DNA from: Lama guanicoe
Taxonomy: Eukaryota
Direction: 5' to 3'
NCBI GenBank assembly: GCA_013239625.1
Contig: MU054323.1
Coordinates: 11,367,815 to 11,431,814 of the forward strand
Length of the DNA stretch: 64,000 bases
The notes beneath the pieces were generated by a model. That model ran no database searches. It saw only the letters and a program-made list of their open reading frames with translations, and was not told where the DNA came from. Position numbers and translations under genes: made by a program. Of this stretch, positions 37,781 to 49,786 are shown piece by piece (position 1 is the first letter of the stretch; each line of letters starts with the position of its first letter).

Positions 37781-39545
37781 AGCAAATCCACTACAGCCAA
37801 ATTGTATGAGAGTGGTGGATGGGCTTCTCGAGGAAGGTCAAGTTTGTCAGAATTCTTTAACAGGCTAATAACCCTCAGGCATCAACTTGGAGAATATTAT
37901 TTTATGTATATATTTAACATCCCTTTCACAATAGCAGTAAAATACGTTGTATTTGTAGGTGATTACTCTAACTTGGTGGCTAAAGTTACTATTTTTAGTA
38001 TTTGGCTTATTTGTACTCTCCTCAGCAGTAAGAGGTCTCACTGAGCTCAGTCTCTGTTGTATCCACCTTCGTTCATCATGCAGCTTTTACCTTGGCTTTT
38101 CTAACAGTAAGGGTGCTAACAGCATAATGTACCACATACCCAAAGATTAGGCTTCCCTTTAAGTTTCTCACTTAGTAACTTACTGCTATTTTGAAAGAAC
38201 CAACTTGAGCAACTTATGCTGTTGGCCCTGCAAGGTTTGGCTAGGAGGATAATGATGAAAATGACAAAGCAATTGCAAAAGAGTGGCAGTGTTAGACTCA
38301 GTAAAGTATGATGGGGCATGCCTGAGAAGTCCTAGCTTTGTGAAGACTTGATTCCTATTGGCTAGGAGTTCATAACATTTCCATAAATTGAAGCAGATTA
38401 CCTTTCTCTTACAAAGGTCACCCTCTTTAATGTCACTTCAGAATTTTGAATTCAGATCTTTGTATTCTGCTGACCATTTTTTCTAACCTATGAACCAGTT
38501 AATTTTATTTTGTATTCTTATTACTCTTTTTTTTAAGGGGGGTAGGGGGTGTTTTTATCTAAAGTGTTGACCCACACAAATTTAAGATAGAGCTAAGTTA
38601 GCTAACAGACATAACTAGCCATTTATTGGGTATTTATTAGTATGACATTATTGTGGCTTAATAATAAAATTCAGTATTTAGATCTTAATTTGCATTACAG
38701 AATTTTATTTGGCATTATTCATTTGAGGAGCTAAACCAGAAGTTCCTCAGATGCTTCTAATTGCCTCTTTTGCTGTTTGGATATAGAGGTACAAATAGCA
38801 GTCATGACTCAAATTCCATTTCTGCAGACTCCAAGATCATAGGCGTCATTGTTTTATTAAAGTGCACTAAAAAGTCGTCTTCTGTTTCATCAGAGTAATA
38901 GCAGCATTTCCCATTCGACTGACATCGTCCCTACCCACGGCCCAGAGAATTTTTTCCTTATTTCAGTGATACCTGTCCATCCACTTATATTCAGGTTTTC
39001 CCACCACAACCCCAGTGCAGTCTCTGGCAAGACAGTGCTAAAACATCATACTTTCACACTGGGAGAGAGTTGTCAGAACAGATAAAACCCTCAAGTTCTA
39101 AATCTGTCTGCTGAAGTTGTCCGTAATAGGCCAGTGGATTATCAAGTGAAGTGGAAAAAAATGCAGAAGATATAGGAAAAGAACTCTTGCCCCAAAAAGC
39201 CATCATTTTTGTGCCAGTTTCTGCCTGTAATGTTAAATTTCCACTCATTGGGTTTTTCAGGCTCTATATATTGGTGTATGTGTATGTGTGTGTGTGTGTA
39301 TCATATGTGGTGTTTTCTTGGAATAATCACTCAGATTTTAGCTTTGTTCTGGTTTTTTTTTTTCCTGCTGAAATTATTACACAGGGATATTTGAAATGGG
39401 CGAGAAGATGAGAGAAAAAAGATCATTACTATTTGTGTCCATCTCGTCCATGAAGCTTTCTGATTCTATCAGCTAGAAATAGTCTTTCCCTTCCCTAAAT
39501 TTCCACAGCCAATTAACTATACTTGTATTAAGACAACTCAGTTTT

Positions 39546-40075
39546 AGCCAGGATACGGAAGCAACCTAAGTATCCATTAGCAGATTAATGCATAAGGAAG
39601 ATGTGGTATATATACATATGTGTGTGTGCATACAGTGGGATATTACTCAGCCATAAAAGAATGAAATTTTGCCATTTGCAACAACATGGATGTATCTGGA
39701 GGACATTATGCTTAGTGAAATAAGTCAGACAAAGAAAGACAAATACTGTATGTTTTCACTTATATGTGGAATCTAAAAAATAAAATGAATGAATATAACA
39801 AAACAGAAACAGACTCACAGATACAGAGAACAAATTAGTGGTTACCAGTGGGGAGGGAGTAAGGATAGGAGAGGTTGGGGGAAGGGGATTAAGAGGTATA
39901 ACTACTAGATGTAAAATAAAAAAGATACAAGAATATATCGTACAACACAAGGAATGTAGCCAATATTTTATAATAATTTTAAATGGAGTAAATCTATAAA
40001 AATACTGAATCACTATGTTGTACACTTGAAACTAATATAACATTGTAAGTCAACTACAATTTGAAGGAAAAAAAA
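39546..40075 (+). mobile_element. 5'-truncated L1 3' end with A tail (artiodactyl-type 3'UTR)
   Basis: ORF2 C-terminus (agccaggatacggaagcaacctaag…tgtggaatctaa), 3'UTR and gaaaaaaaaa. Probable TSD aagacaactca (39530-39540) / aagacatctca (40076-40086). Confidence 0.92.
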
Positions 40076-40086
40076 AAGACATCTCA

Positions 40087-42810
40087 ACAACTATATGGAA
40101 ACAAATTGGACAACCTAAAAGAAATGGACAAGTTTCTAGAAGCATATAGTTCATGAAGATGGAATCAAGAAGTAGACCACTTGAACAGACCAATCACTAG
40201 AAGTGAAATAGAAGTAGCAATAAAAAACCTCCCTGCGAATGAAAGTCCAGGACCAGATGGCTTCACTGGGGAATTCTACCAAACATACAAAGAAGAAATC
40301 ATACCAGTCCTTCTCAAACTCTTCCAAAAGATTGAAAAGAAAGGAGTGTACTCCCAAACTCATTCTATGAAACCACCATCATCCTGATACCAAAACCATC
40401 CTGACAAAGACAGTACCAAAAAAGATTATAGGCCAATATCACTGATGAACATAGCTGCAAAAATCCTCAACAAAATATTAGCAAATAGAATCCAACAGCA
40501 CAGAGAAAAGATCATACACCATGATCAAGTTGGATTCATCCCACACATGGTTCAACATATGCAAATCAATCAATGTGATACACATCAACAAAAGAAAGGA
40601 CATAAACCACATGATCATCTCAATAGATACAGAAAAAGCATTTGATAAAATTCAACACCAATTTATGATAAAAACTCTTACCAAAGTGGGACAGAAGGAA
40701 CATATCTCAACATAATAAAAGCTATTTATGTCAAACCCACAGCCAGCATAATACTCAATGGTGAAAAACTGAAACCCTTCCCACTAAAGTCTGGAACAAG
40801 ACAAGGATGCCCACTCTCACCACTTTCATTCATTGTAGTCTTGGAAGTCCTAGCCACAGCCATCAGGCAAGAAAAAGAAATAAAAGGATCCAAATTGGAA
40901 GAGAAGAGCTAAAATTGTCACTATATGCAGATGACATGATACTATATATAGAAAACCCTAAGAGCTCCACACAAAAACTATTAGAGCTGATAAAAGAATT
41001 TGGAAAGGTAGCAGGATACAAAATCAACATATAAAAATTGGTCTCATTTCTTTAAACTAACAATGAATTAGCAGGGGAAAAAAAAGTAAAGAAACAATCC
41101 CTTTTAAAATCGCATCCAAAACAATAAAATACTTAAGAATAAATCTGACCAAGGAAGTGAAAGACTTATACATGGAGAACTACAAAACACTGATTGAGGA
41201 AATTAAAGATGACTTAAAGAAATGAAAAGATATCCCATGCTCTTGGAGTGTGATTTATTTATTTAGGTTTTTTGGGGGAGCTGGAGAGGGAGGTAATTAG
41301 GTTTATTTATTTCTTTATTTTTGGAGAAGGTACTGGAGATTGAACCCAGGACCTTGTGCATACTAAGCATGCACTCTACCATTTCAGCTATACATTCCCC
41401 CCTCATCTCATGCTCTTGAATTGGAAGAATCAATATCCTTAAAATGACCATACTGCCCAAGGCACTCTACAGATTTAATACAATCCCTATCAAATTACCT
41501 AGGACATTTTGCACAGAACTAGAACAACTAATCCTAAAATTTATATGGAATCACAAAAGACCCAGAATTGCCAAAGTAATATTGAAAAAAAGAATGAAGC
41601 TGGAGGAATAACCCTCCCAGACCTCAGACAATGCTACAGAGCTACAGTAATCAAAACAGTGTGGTACTGGCATAAAAACAGACATATGGATCAATGGAAC
41701 AGAAAAGAGAGCCCAGAAATAAACCCACACACCTATGGTCAATTAATCTTCAACAAAAGAGAAGAAATAAACCACCTATGGTCAATTAATCTTCAACAAA
41801 AGAGGCAAAAATATACAATGGAGAAAAGACAGTCTCTTTAAGAAGTGGTGGGAAAACTGGATAGCAGCATGTCAATCAATGAATTTAGAACACTCCCTCA
41901 CTCCATACACAAAAATAAACTCAAAATGGCTTAAAGACTTATATTTAAGACAAGACATGATAGACCTCCTAGAAGAAAACAAACAAAACATTCTCTGGCA
42001 TAAATCTTGGCAATGTTCTCCTAGGGCAGTCTACCCAGGCAATAGAAATAAGAGCAAAAATAAACAAATGGGACCTAATTAAACTTACAAGCTTTTGCAC
42101 AACAAAGGAAACTGTAAGCAAAACAAAAAGACAACCTACGGAATGGGAGGAAATATCTGCAAATGATGTGACTGACAAAAGCTTAATTTCCAGAATATAT
42201 AAATAGCTCATACAACTTAATAACAACAACAAAAGAAAACCAAAAAAACTCAGTCCAAAAATGGGCAGAGGACCTAAGCAAGCAATTCTCCAATGAAGAC
42301 ATACAGATGGCCAATGGGCACATGAAAAAATGCTCAATATCTCTAATTATCAGAGAAATGTAAATCAGAGCTATAATGAGGTAGCACCTCACACCAGTGA
42401 GAATGGCCATCATTCAAAAATCCATGAATGATAAATGCTGGAGAGGGTGTGGAGAAAAGTGAACCCTCCTACACTGCTGGTGGGAATGTAGTTTGGTGCA
42501 GCCATTATGGAAAACAGTATGGAGATTCCTCAAAAAACTAAAAAACAGACTTAGCATATGACCCAGCAATCCCACTCCTGGGCATATATCCTGAGGGAAC
42601 TCTTAATTTGAAAAGATATATGGACCCCTATGTTCCTAACAGCACTATATACAATAGCCAAGACATGGAAGCAACCTAGATGTCCATTGACAGATGACTG
42701 GATAAAGAAACTATGGAATATTTATACAATGGAATACTATTCAGCCATAAAAAGAATAAAATAATGCCATTTGCAGCAACAAGGATGAACCTAATGATCA
42801 TCATTCTGAA
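40087..42810 (+). mobile_element. L1 ORF2 segment truncated at both ends (RT with YADD through the C-terminal domain; no 3'UTR)
   Basis: Encodes [48 protein letters not shown] and [11 protein letters not shown]. Stops at gatcatcattct with no poly(A). Confidence 0.93.
41248..41404 (-). mobile_element. Camelid vic-1-type tRNA-Ala SINE nested in L1 ORF2
   Basis: Reverse strand reads …tatagctgaaatggtagagtgcatgcttagtatgcacaaggtcctgggttcaatctccagtacc…aaataaataaacctaattacctccc. 16-bp TSD atcccatgctcttgga (41232-41247) / atctcatgctcttgaa (41405-41420). Confidence 0.92.
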
Positions 42811-43339
42811 TCTCTTGTAGTTTTCTAGTTCACTGTCTATAATTGGACAGTGTCCTTTCCAAGTAACAGAATTTGGTCATAGTTGATGACGCAGCTTAGA
42901 AAAAAAACTTTCCATGATGATAATTAGTCTGAATTTTTTCTATGTTAGGGTCACGAGACCTCTGTAATGATTCAAATCCTTAAGAACTGGCTAAGATATT
43001 CTAGACTCTGATACTAAGGTTTTATGTCTTCAGTGATTGTCCTTTGCTTCCCAAGCACATCATGAAGTATCAGTGATTGTTCCAACAGTGTATTTTGGTG
43101 CCCATGAGAAGGGAAGAACCAAGTGCGCTCCTGATAAGGAACCAACATCACTGTATTTTTAAAACTCTAGTATTCCTTAAAGCATATGAATACAAGTAAA
43201 GTTTCAGCTATCAGAATGACTTTGTAATAGCTAGGTTACAATCTCTGTAAGAGAAACATGAGGAAAATAAGAAAAATCATCTCTGTCAACATAGGGGTGG
43301 GCCATTTTTCCAACCACCACCTGTGTTGAACATCCTGTC

Positions 43340-45325
43340 TTCCTTATTGCTTTCATTAAAACAGCCATCTCCTGATCTTATGGTACTTTCCTGTTGCTCT
43401 CTCAAATGAAAGCTGTTTATTGTCATATCTTACTACCTTAGATGTTCTTAATAAACCCTGACTTAATGAACATTGGAGTTAAAAAACTTTTTTTTTTGAG
43501 CCTTTTGTGTCTACATACAGCAACTTTTACTCTTCTCAGATATCATTCAAACCTTTTCTCCATCCTTTGCCTCAGCCCTCATTTCACTGGAGAGAGGAGG
43601 CTTAGCACTTGGTTTAGCCTTCCATTCCATCCCTGGTCTAGCCATCCTCTTAGGTAACTTCATCTACATGATGGCACATTTAGCTCAGTTTCTTTATCTC
43701 CTCATCATCCATGCTACTTCATACTTTGAATTTTGTCTTCTGGAATTGCTCCACTTGTTAAACTAACTTTAAACGTCTCATTGTCTGATCACAGCCTCAT
43801 ATTACAACTGTTAGTAAGTTAGTCCCCCCCCATAGCTGTTCTTTACCCTCATTAAGATCTCTCCTCCCTAATGGCTTTACTCTTTTTCTATTTGTAATCG
43901 TCCTCCTGCCTTCACTCTTTTCTCCCATCCCAGTTATACTCTGTGGCCCATCCTTTAAACCATATTCTTGCCAGTATCCTCAACACCTTAGCCCTATTGC
44001 CCACACTTGGTCGAGATGCAGTCCTGGGTCCTGCCAGCTGCCCACCTTTGCTACACCTGCACTGGCTTTGAGCTCTGCTGGAGAAGTTCCCCAAACCATG
44101 CAGATTGCTGCCAGAATAAATGCTTGGTTTCTGGGTTAGTTTCCTAGGGCTGCTATAACAAATCACCACAAACCAGGGTGGCTTAAAACAATAGAAACTT
44201 ACTCTCACAGTCTGGAAGTTAGAAGCCTGAAATCAAGGTGTCCACAGCCATGCCCCCTCTAAAGTCTCTAGGGAAGGATCCTTTCTTGACTTGTGGCTTC
44301 TAATGGTTGCTAACAATCCTCCGCGTCCCTTGGTTTGTGGCAACATAACTCCAGTCTCTGCCTCTGTCTCACATGGCCTTCTTCCGGGTCTCTCCTCTTC
44401 ATAGAGGGATACCACTCATTTTGGATTTAGAGCCCAGCTTAAGCCGGTACAACCTCATCACAATTTAACTACATTTGCATTTGCACCCTATTTCCAAATA
44501 AGATTACATTCTGAGGTTCCAGTGGAGAGGAATTTGTAGGGGGCAGGGTGGGGTGCAGACACTATTCAACTCAGTATAGTTGGTGATCTCAAAAGGACTC
44601 TCAGTGCTGGGTGGTTTTCTGTGTTTCCCTAGTAAGTCTTCCCATTCTGTACAGCAGCAATTTCAAGCCTCCCCTGCCCATCCTCAACACTCCAGCACCC
44701 ACCCCCAGCCCACCCCCATTTCTTTCACAGAGAAATCAGACACCAACCAACCAGAACCCTCTTCCTCTTTCTTTCCTCAAACCTAGAGTTTATCTGAGTC
44801 TACACTCATTATTTCCTCATGTTGTAACGAAATAGCTCATCCTCCTATCTAAAATTTCTTTTCATTTTTTCTACCTCCACACTGTATCCCTCCTGCCCCC
44901 TCAGGAAACCTTACTCTAAACTTTGTCCCCTTTCTTTACCATGTTTTAAAACTTTAACTTATAATGGTTCCTTGTCTTCAGCATTTAATGTCATTCAAAT
45001 GTCTTCAGTGTTTAAAAAGAAAAAAGAATATACATCTGCAGAACACTTTTTTAATCCCCACCCCTAGTCCAACTTTCACTCTGCCTCTTTCTTCCCTTCA
45101 GACTCAAGCTTTTTAGAAGAGCTGTCGACTCCGTCACCACATCCTTATCCACTAACAAATTCACAAGTCTCTGTAGTCAGTCTTCCACTGCCTGGATCCC
45201 ACTGAACTTGAACGGTCTCTCTCCAGTGATGTGAAACCCAGATCTTGTTCCTTCTTGTCCAGTCCCTAACATAATACTGGACCCTGACGGACATGGCCTT
45301 CCTCTAGAAACATCCCCTGCCTTGA
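43340..45325 (+). mobile_element. Extended decayed L2, interrupted by an MLT1 LTR at 44132-44578
   Basis: Pyrimidine-rich L2-like blocks: tctgatcacagcctc; cttgccagtatcctcaacaccttagccc; gctggagaagttccccaaaccatgcagattg; tcttccactgcctggatcccactgaac. Confidence 0.6.
44132..44578 (-). mobile_element. MaLR solo LTR (MLT1B/C-like)
   Basis: ttagtttcctagggctgctataacaaatcaccacaaaccagggtggcttaaaacaatagaaa…ccctatttccaaataagattacattctgaggttcc…acactattcaactcagtata. Confidence 0.88.
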
Positions 45326-48300
45326 AGGTAGTTTAGGGAGAACTGGGGAAGAGGATAAACTAGATAGAACTAGAAGACTTCTAAGATCTCACCCAATTCT
45401 AACTGATGATTTTCTGAGATTTCACGAGTATTCAGTTTTCTTTGTTTATAAAACTTCTAGACTATTTGTGGTTTAAACATAGCAGTGTTTTTTAGAAAAA
45501 TAATGTTGAGACTACAGAATGCAACATCTTTCTCATGTGGTTACTACAATTTCAAAGAGATTATTTTTAGTAACTATTTGTTATTATAAAATTTCTCAGA
45601 AATAGAAAACACACTAGGGAAACTTTAAATAGAAACTGGCTATACTGAATTTAAAATTCTAAGATCCAAAGATATAGACTTTGATGCATTAAGTTATCTC
45701 TTGAAGTTCTGAAGTCTAAAAAGCCCTCTTGTAATACAAGGTTTTTATATCTATTATCAAATTTAATTTTTCAAAGAGAGCAGGATGGCAAACTAATAAT
45801 ATAAGAGACGAGGGAAACTAAATGGTATTAAAGAGTTAATAGTTTGTAATTTTCACCCTTTCCTAACAGTATCTGTAATGAAGAACTCAGTTGTTTACAG
45901 TAACCTTTTTTAATAGCTCTCCCTTTAGACAAATAGTTTGACTCTGTTAGAAGTAGACCAACTTGATTTTAATTTAAGAATGATGTTTAAAAGATAATTC
46001 CAGATGTCCCTGCCTAAAGATGCAGATACCAAAAAAGTCCCATGTCGGAGCCCCCTCCAGCCTGGCTGCTGAACCTCATCATCTCCCTTCAGGTGTCCAC
46101 CAGGCATCCCCAAGTATCACCACCTCGTGGGCTTTGACCTTCTGGTAGAAGTCTATTCTGCAATCTATGCAGGGAATCCACCTTGACCAGGTCATTGCAC
46201 GGCTGCCATGGGCCATGAGACACTATATCACTGCCTAGGGCTTGGCTCCATGTCTCCTCAAGCTGCCAACCACCACCCCCGCCCCCCACCAAGGGCCAGG
46301 CAGCCCTGTATTCCCTCATCCAGACTGAAGTCCCTCCAAGAAAGAGTTCCTTGAGCTTTTAATCAGAATCTTCTCTCTCCCTGAGACTCAGACCTTGGGG
46401 ACTCAGTCCTTGGGGAAAAGTACCTTGCCTTCCTCTTCTCTCTTTTTTACTAGTTTCTGCTCCTGTGTCTGGACCCCAGACATCCTCTTCAGAGGGCCTC
46501 CTTACTATACCAAAGCATTCGTGCACATAGATGAGGGTGGATGCAAAGTCATGTTGGAGATGCCGGGACAGCTGTTGGGAGCCTGAACTCCAGGACTCTT
46601 AAGACGTCAGTCTCTGCCCTCCCTCCCCCTCAGTTTTGTCCAGCTATAGCAAATTAGTAAAATACACAGTGAGAGCCAATCAAATAAAGTTGCAGAAATC
46701 TTCAAAAGTTGTTAAAAATATTTTTTCCTTTCCAATTTGGATTGCTACAAACTCAATGATTAAACAAGATTTTGGTAAACAGTACATTTTGTAAATCCTG
46801 CAAATCGGTTATTTGGCAAATTGAACCTCTAGCAAATTGGCCTGCTTTCCACTTCATCAGATATTAAATCTCAGTTAGGTTCACTTGGGACTTCCTACTG
46901 CCATAGCTCTTTCATGACAGCTTCAGGACACTTAAAAAATATTATGTCTTCAAATTGAAATACTGTTCCACATTTAGTTTTATTGAGAACAAAATGTTGT
47001 CATCTCTCTGGGGTTTATAATCAGTGCACACAGCACAGTAACAAGAGTTCTTCTAGGATATCATGTTAAAGTGTTCTGCAACATGGCTGGATGCTGACCT
47101 TGCTTCTATTTATTTTTAATTGGATGAATTGAGGGAGGGGTGGTACTGGAGTGTGTGTTTATCCTAAGCCTGGAGAATCACTGAGGGGTGGCATGTTGAG
47201 AAAAGAGTAGAGAAAGGAGATAGTGTATTGCCATCTGCTAAAAGTTTAAATTAGACATACAGCTGAATAAGAATATATTTTTTTCTCCTATTCACCTAAT
47301 TCCCAAGTTATAAAACTACTGAAATTGGATGTCTGTTCTTTAAGCCCTAGTATTATTAGAGTGAATTGATTTTAAGTGTTACCCTGTAAAAAACAAAGCA
47401 ACAAAACAAAACACAAACGTGTATTCCTGTAGATTGATACAACTGTAGATAAAAGCGATTTCACCTTTGTTATTCAAAGCATATCAAAGCATCTTGCTGT
47501 AAGGGATGGACTTTCACCCAGTAGTTCCCTCTAGGCTTGCTGTTGCTCTTACAAGCTTTTGTGTCTCTTTTCCTGTCTTTGACAATATTTACAAACAGGC
47601 CAGGATTCTTTCTTGCTGTTTTTCTAGCATTTGAAAAGGGTCCCTTGTAGCAAATTCCAGCATCCAATAGGTGATTCAATCTAAGTTTTCTGCCTTCTGT
47701 ATGGCATTTTCAATTTTGCTTTATTGAATTGTTTGTTTTGAAGCAGAAGTGATAATTATGTTTCCTCATGACGAGAGTTCGAGGATATCTGCCTTCAGCT
47801 TTGCCCTTCTGGTGCCTTTGATTCACTCACATAATCATTCTACTCCTAGACTATCTACAGACAATTTCTGCAACCTGCTGCGTCTATAAGAATTCTGGAT
47901 CCTTCTGCATAGGAAGGGCCATCATCCAAACTCCTTGTAATTCTACAACATTTGTGAGTGAAGATGTGACTTAAAACATCACTTAAAAATCATTTTTGTC
48001 ACCTATTTAGTTTAAACTTGTATCACTGATCTTATAATACTCTAACTAGAGCTTTTGATAGACTGCTTTTTAGATCACGAAAAAGGAAGTTGTCTAGCTG
48101 AAACAATTTTATAGGTTGTAGGGAAATCACTTGATTTCTAAAAAGAAGTGGAGAATGCATTAGAAAGAATTAAGTGATTTGATTTGCCCTACCAAGAGGC
48201 AATAAACCTATTTATTAGCCACTCTTTATGTGAAGGTGAGCCTAACATGTATTCTGGGAGTGATGAGGCATGACTCCTGCACAGAGGAAGGAAATTATTA

Positions 48301-48924
48301 AGGATATTAATAGGCAAATTTTCAAATTTGGAATGGAAATTTGACATTGAAACAGATCACCATATGTTTCACTGTTTGAAACTCAGTAAGAGTTTCAGGA
48401 ACTAATTATTTAGCAGCAAGTAGTAACATGGAAATAATATTAAATATACATAGAAAACTCAGATACTTGAGCATGCAAAAGGACCAGGTCAATTTTTTTT
48501 TACCCAAATAAAACAAGTTCAAGGGTACCAAATGTCATATTAAAACAAGAAAAAGGAAGTACTTATAAACCAGCAAGGATATGCCTGCCAAGGCTAACAC
48601 ATGTGGCAGTCATTACTTGTCTAGATATCACTAATGAAATACACTGTCTGATTTGTAATATCAAAGCATGCTGTGATGCTACAAGTTTAATGTTCTAAAA
48701 TGTTCCCTTCTTTTCATTCCTTTAACTGAGAGGTAAAAATTGAAGAGCTGATAGCAGTTTGCTTTGCATTTGTCCATCAGCAGATAAAAGGGTGATACTT
48801 TCACAAATTAGGGCATTGGAAAAACAATCTATATAACTAAAATGTATATATTACAACTATAGAAGGGAAAAAAATGTTACTTTCCAAGCTAGAGTGTGAT
48901 GATCAACTTGCTAAAACCATCCCC

Positions 48925-49060
48925 ATCACATTAGTAAAATGAGTATACCTGCCTTTTAAGGATTATTGTCAGGAACAAATGGCATCATCTGTGTAAAGAA
49001 TTTAGCTCAGTACCTGGACCACACTTAAGTGTTTCATAATTACATCATTACAATTATTAC
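48925..49060 (+). mobile_element. MIR core/tail fragment
   Basis: gtaaaatgagtatacctgcc…ggattattgtcagga…tgtaaagaatttagctcagtacctgg. Confidence 0.65.
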
Positions 49061-49599
49061 TAATTATCTATTCAAGTACAGATTTCAGCAGCTCAGTTTT
49101 GAGTTCAGCATTGAATTAAGAAGCAGAATATTTATTTTGCATCCTTTAAGGTCAAAAAAAAAGAAAGTCCTTTTTGGAACTATTTTTATTGCACTAAGTA
49201 AAATAATATATTTAATTTTAAAATTTAGATTACCATTATGTACAAATGTTAAAAAAACAAGTGCTTTATATTCATGTGTTAAATTTGGAATGTTACGATA
49301 ACAGGTAGAGGAAATAATCAGTCCTACAAAAGTTTTATTAAGCACCTCCTATAAGCAGACTCTGAAACTACAATAATTAATAAAAAAAAACATAGACCTG
49401 TCTTCCCTAATAACCTAAAGTCCACAGGCTATTAAGGGAGACAAACATGGAAACAGTTAATAACACACTATACCATTTCATCTTTCTTTGTCTTTCTCTT
49501 TGCTTTAAATACCCCAGCTAGTCTAGAGGTGAATACCTATACACCTTGAAAATGGGGCTTGGCTGTTGCTCTTAGAAATTTCCCCACTCACCCTCTCCG

Positions 49600-49786
49600 C
49601 CATGTTCATTCCTTCCTTTGAATGTCTCTGTATCTCGTACATTTTTACATCGATAACACAGTAATTTGTTAATTTACATGCCTATCTCTCCTACCACACT
49701 GTTAATGTCACATCATCTTTGTGATCCCAGCTCTCAGCACAGGGCTTAGCACCTATCAAGCACTCTATAAATGTAGATGAATGAAC
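49600..49786 (+). mobile_element. L2 3' end
   Basis: catctttgtgatcccagctctcagcacagggcttagcacctatcaagcactctataaatgtagatgaatgaa. Confidence 0.7.
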
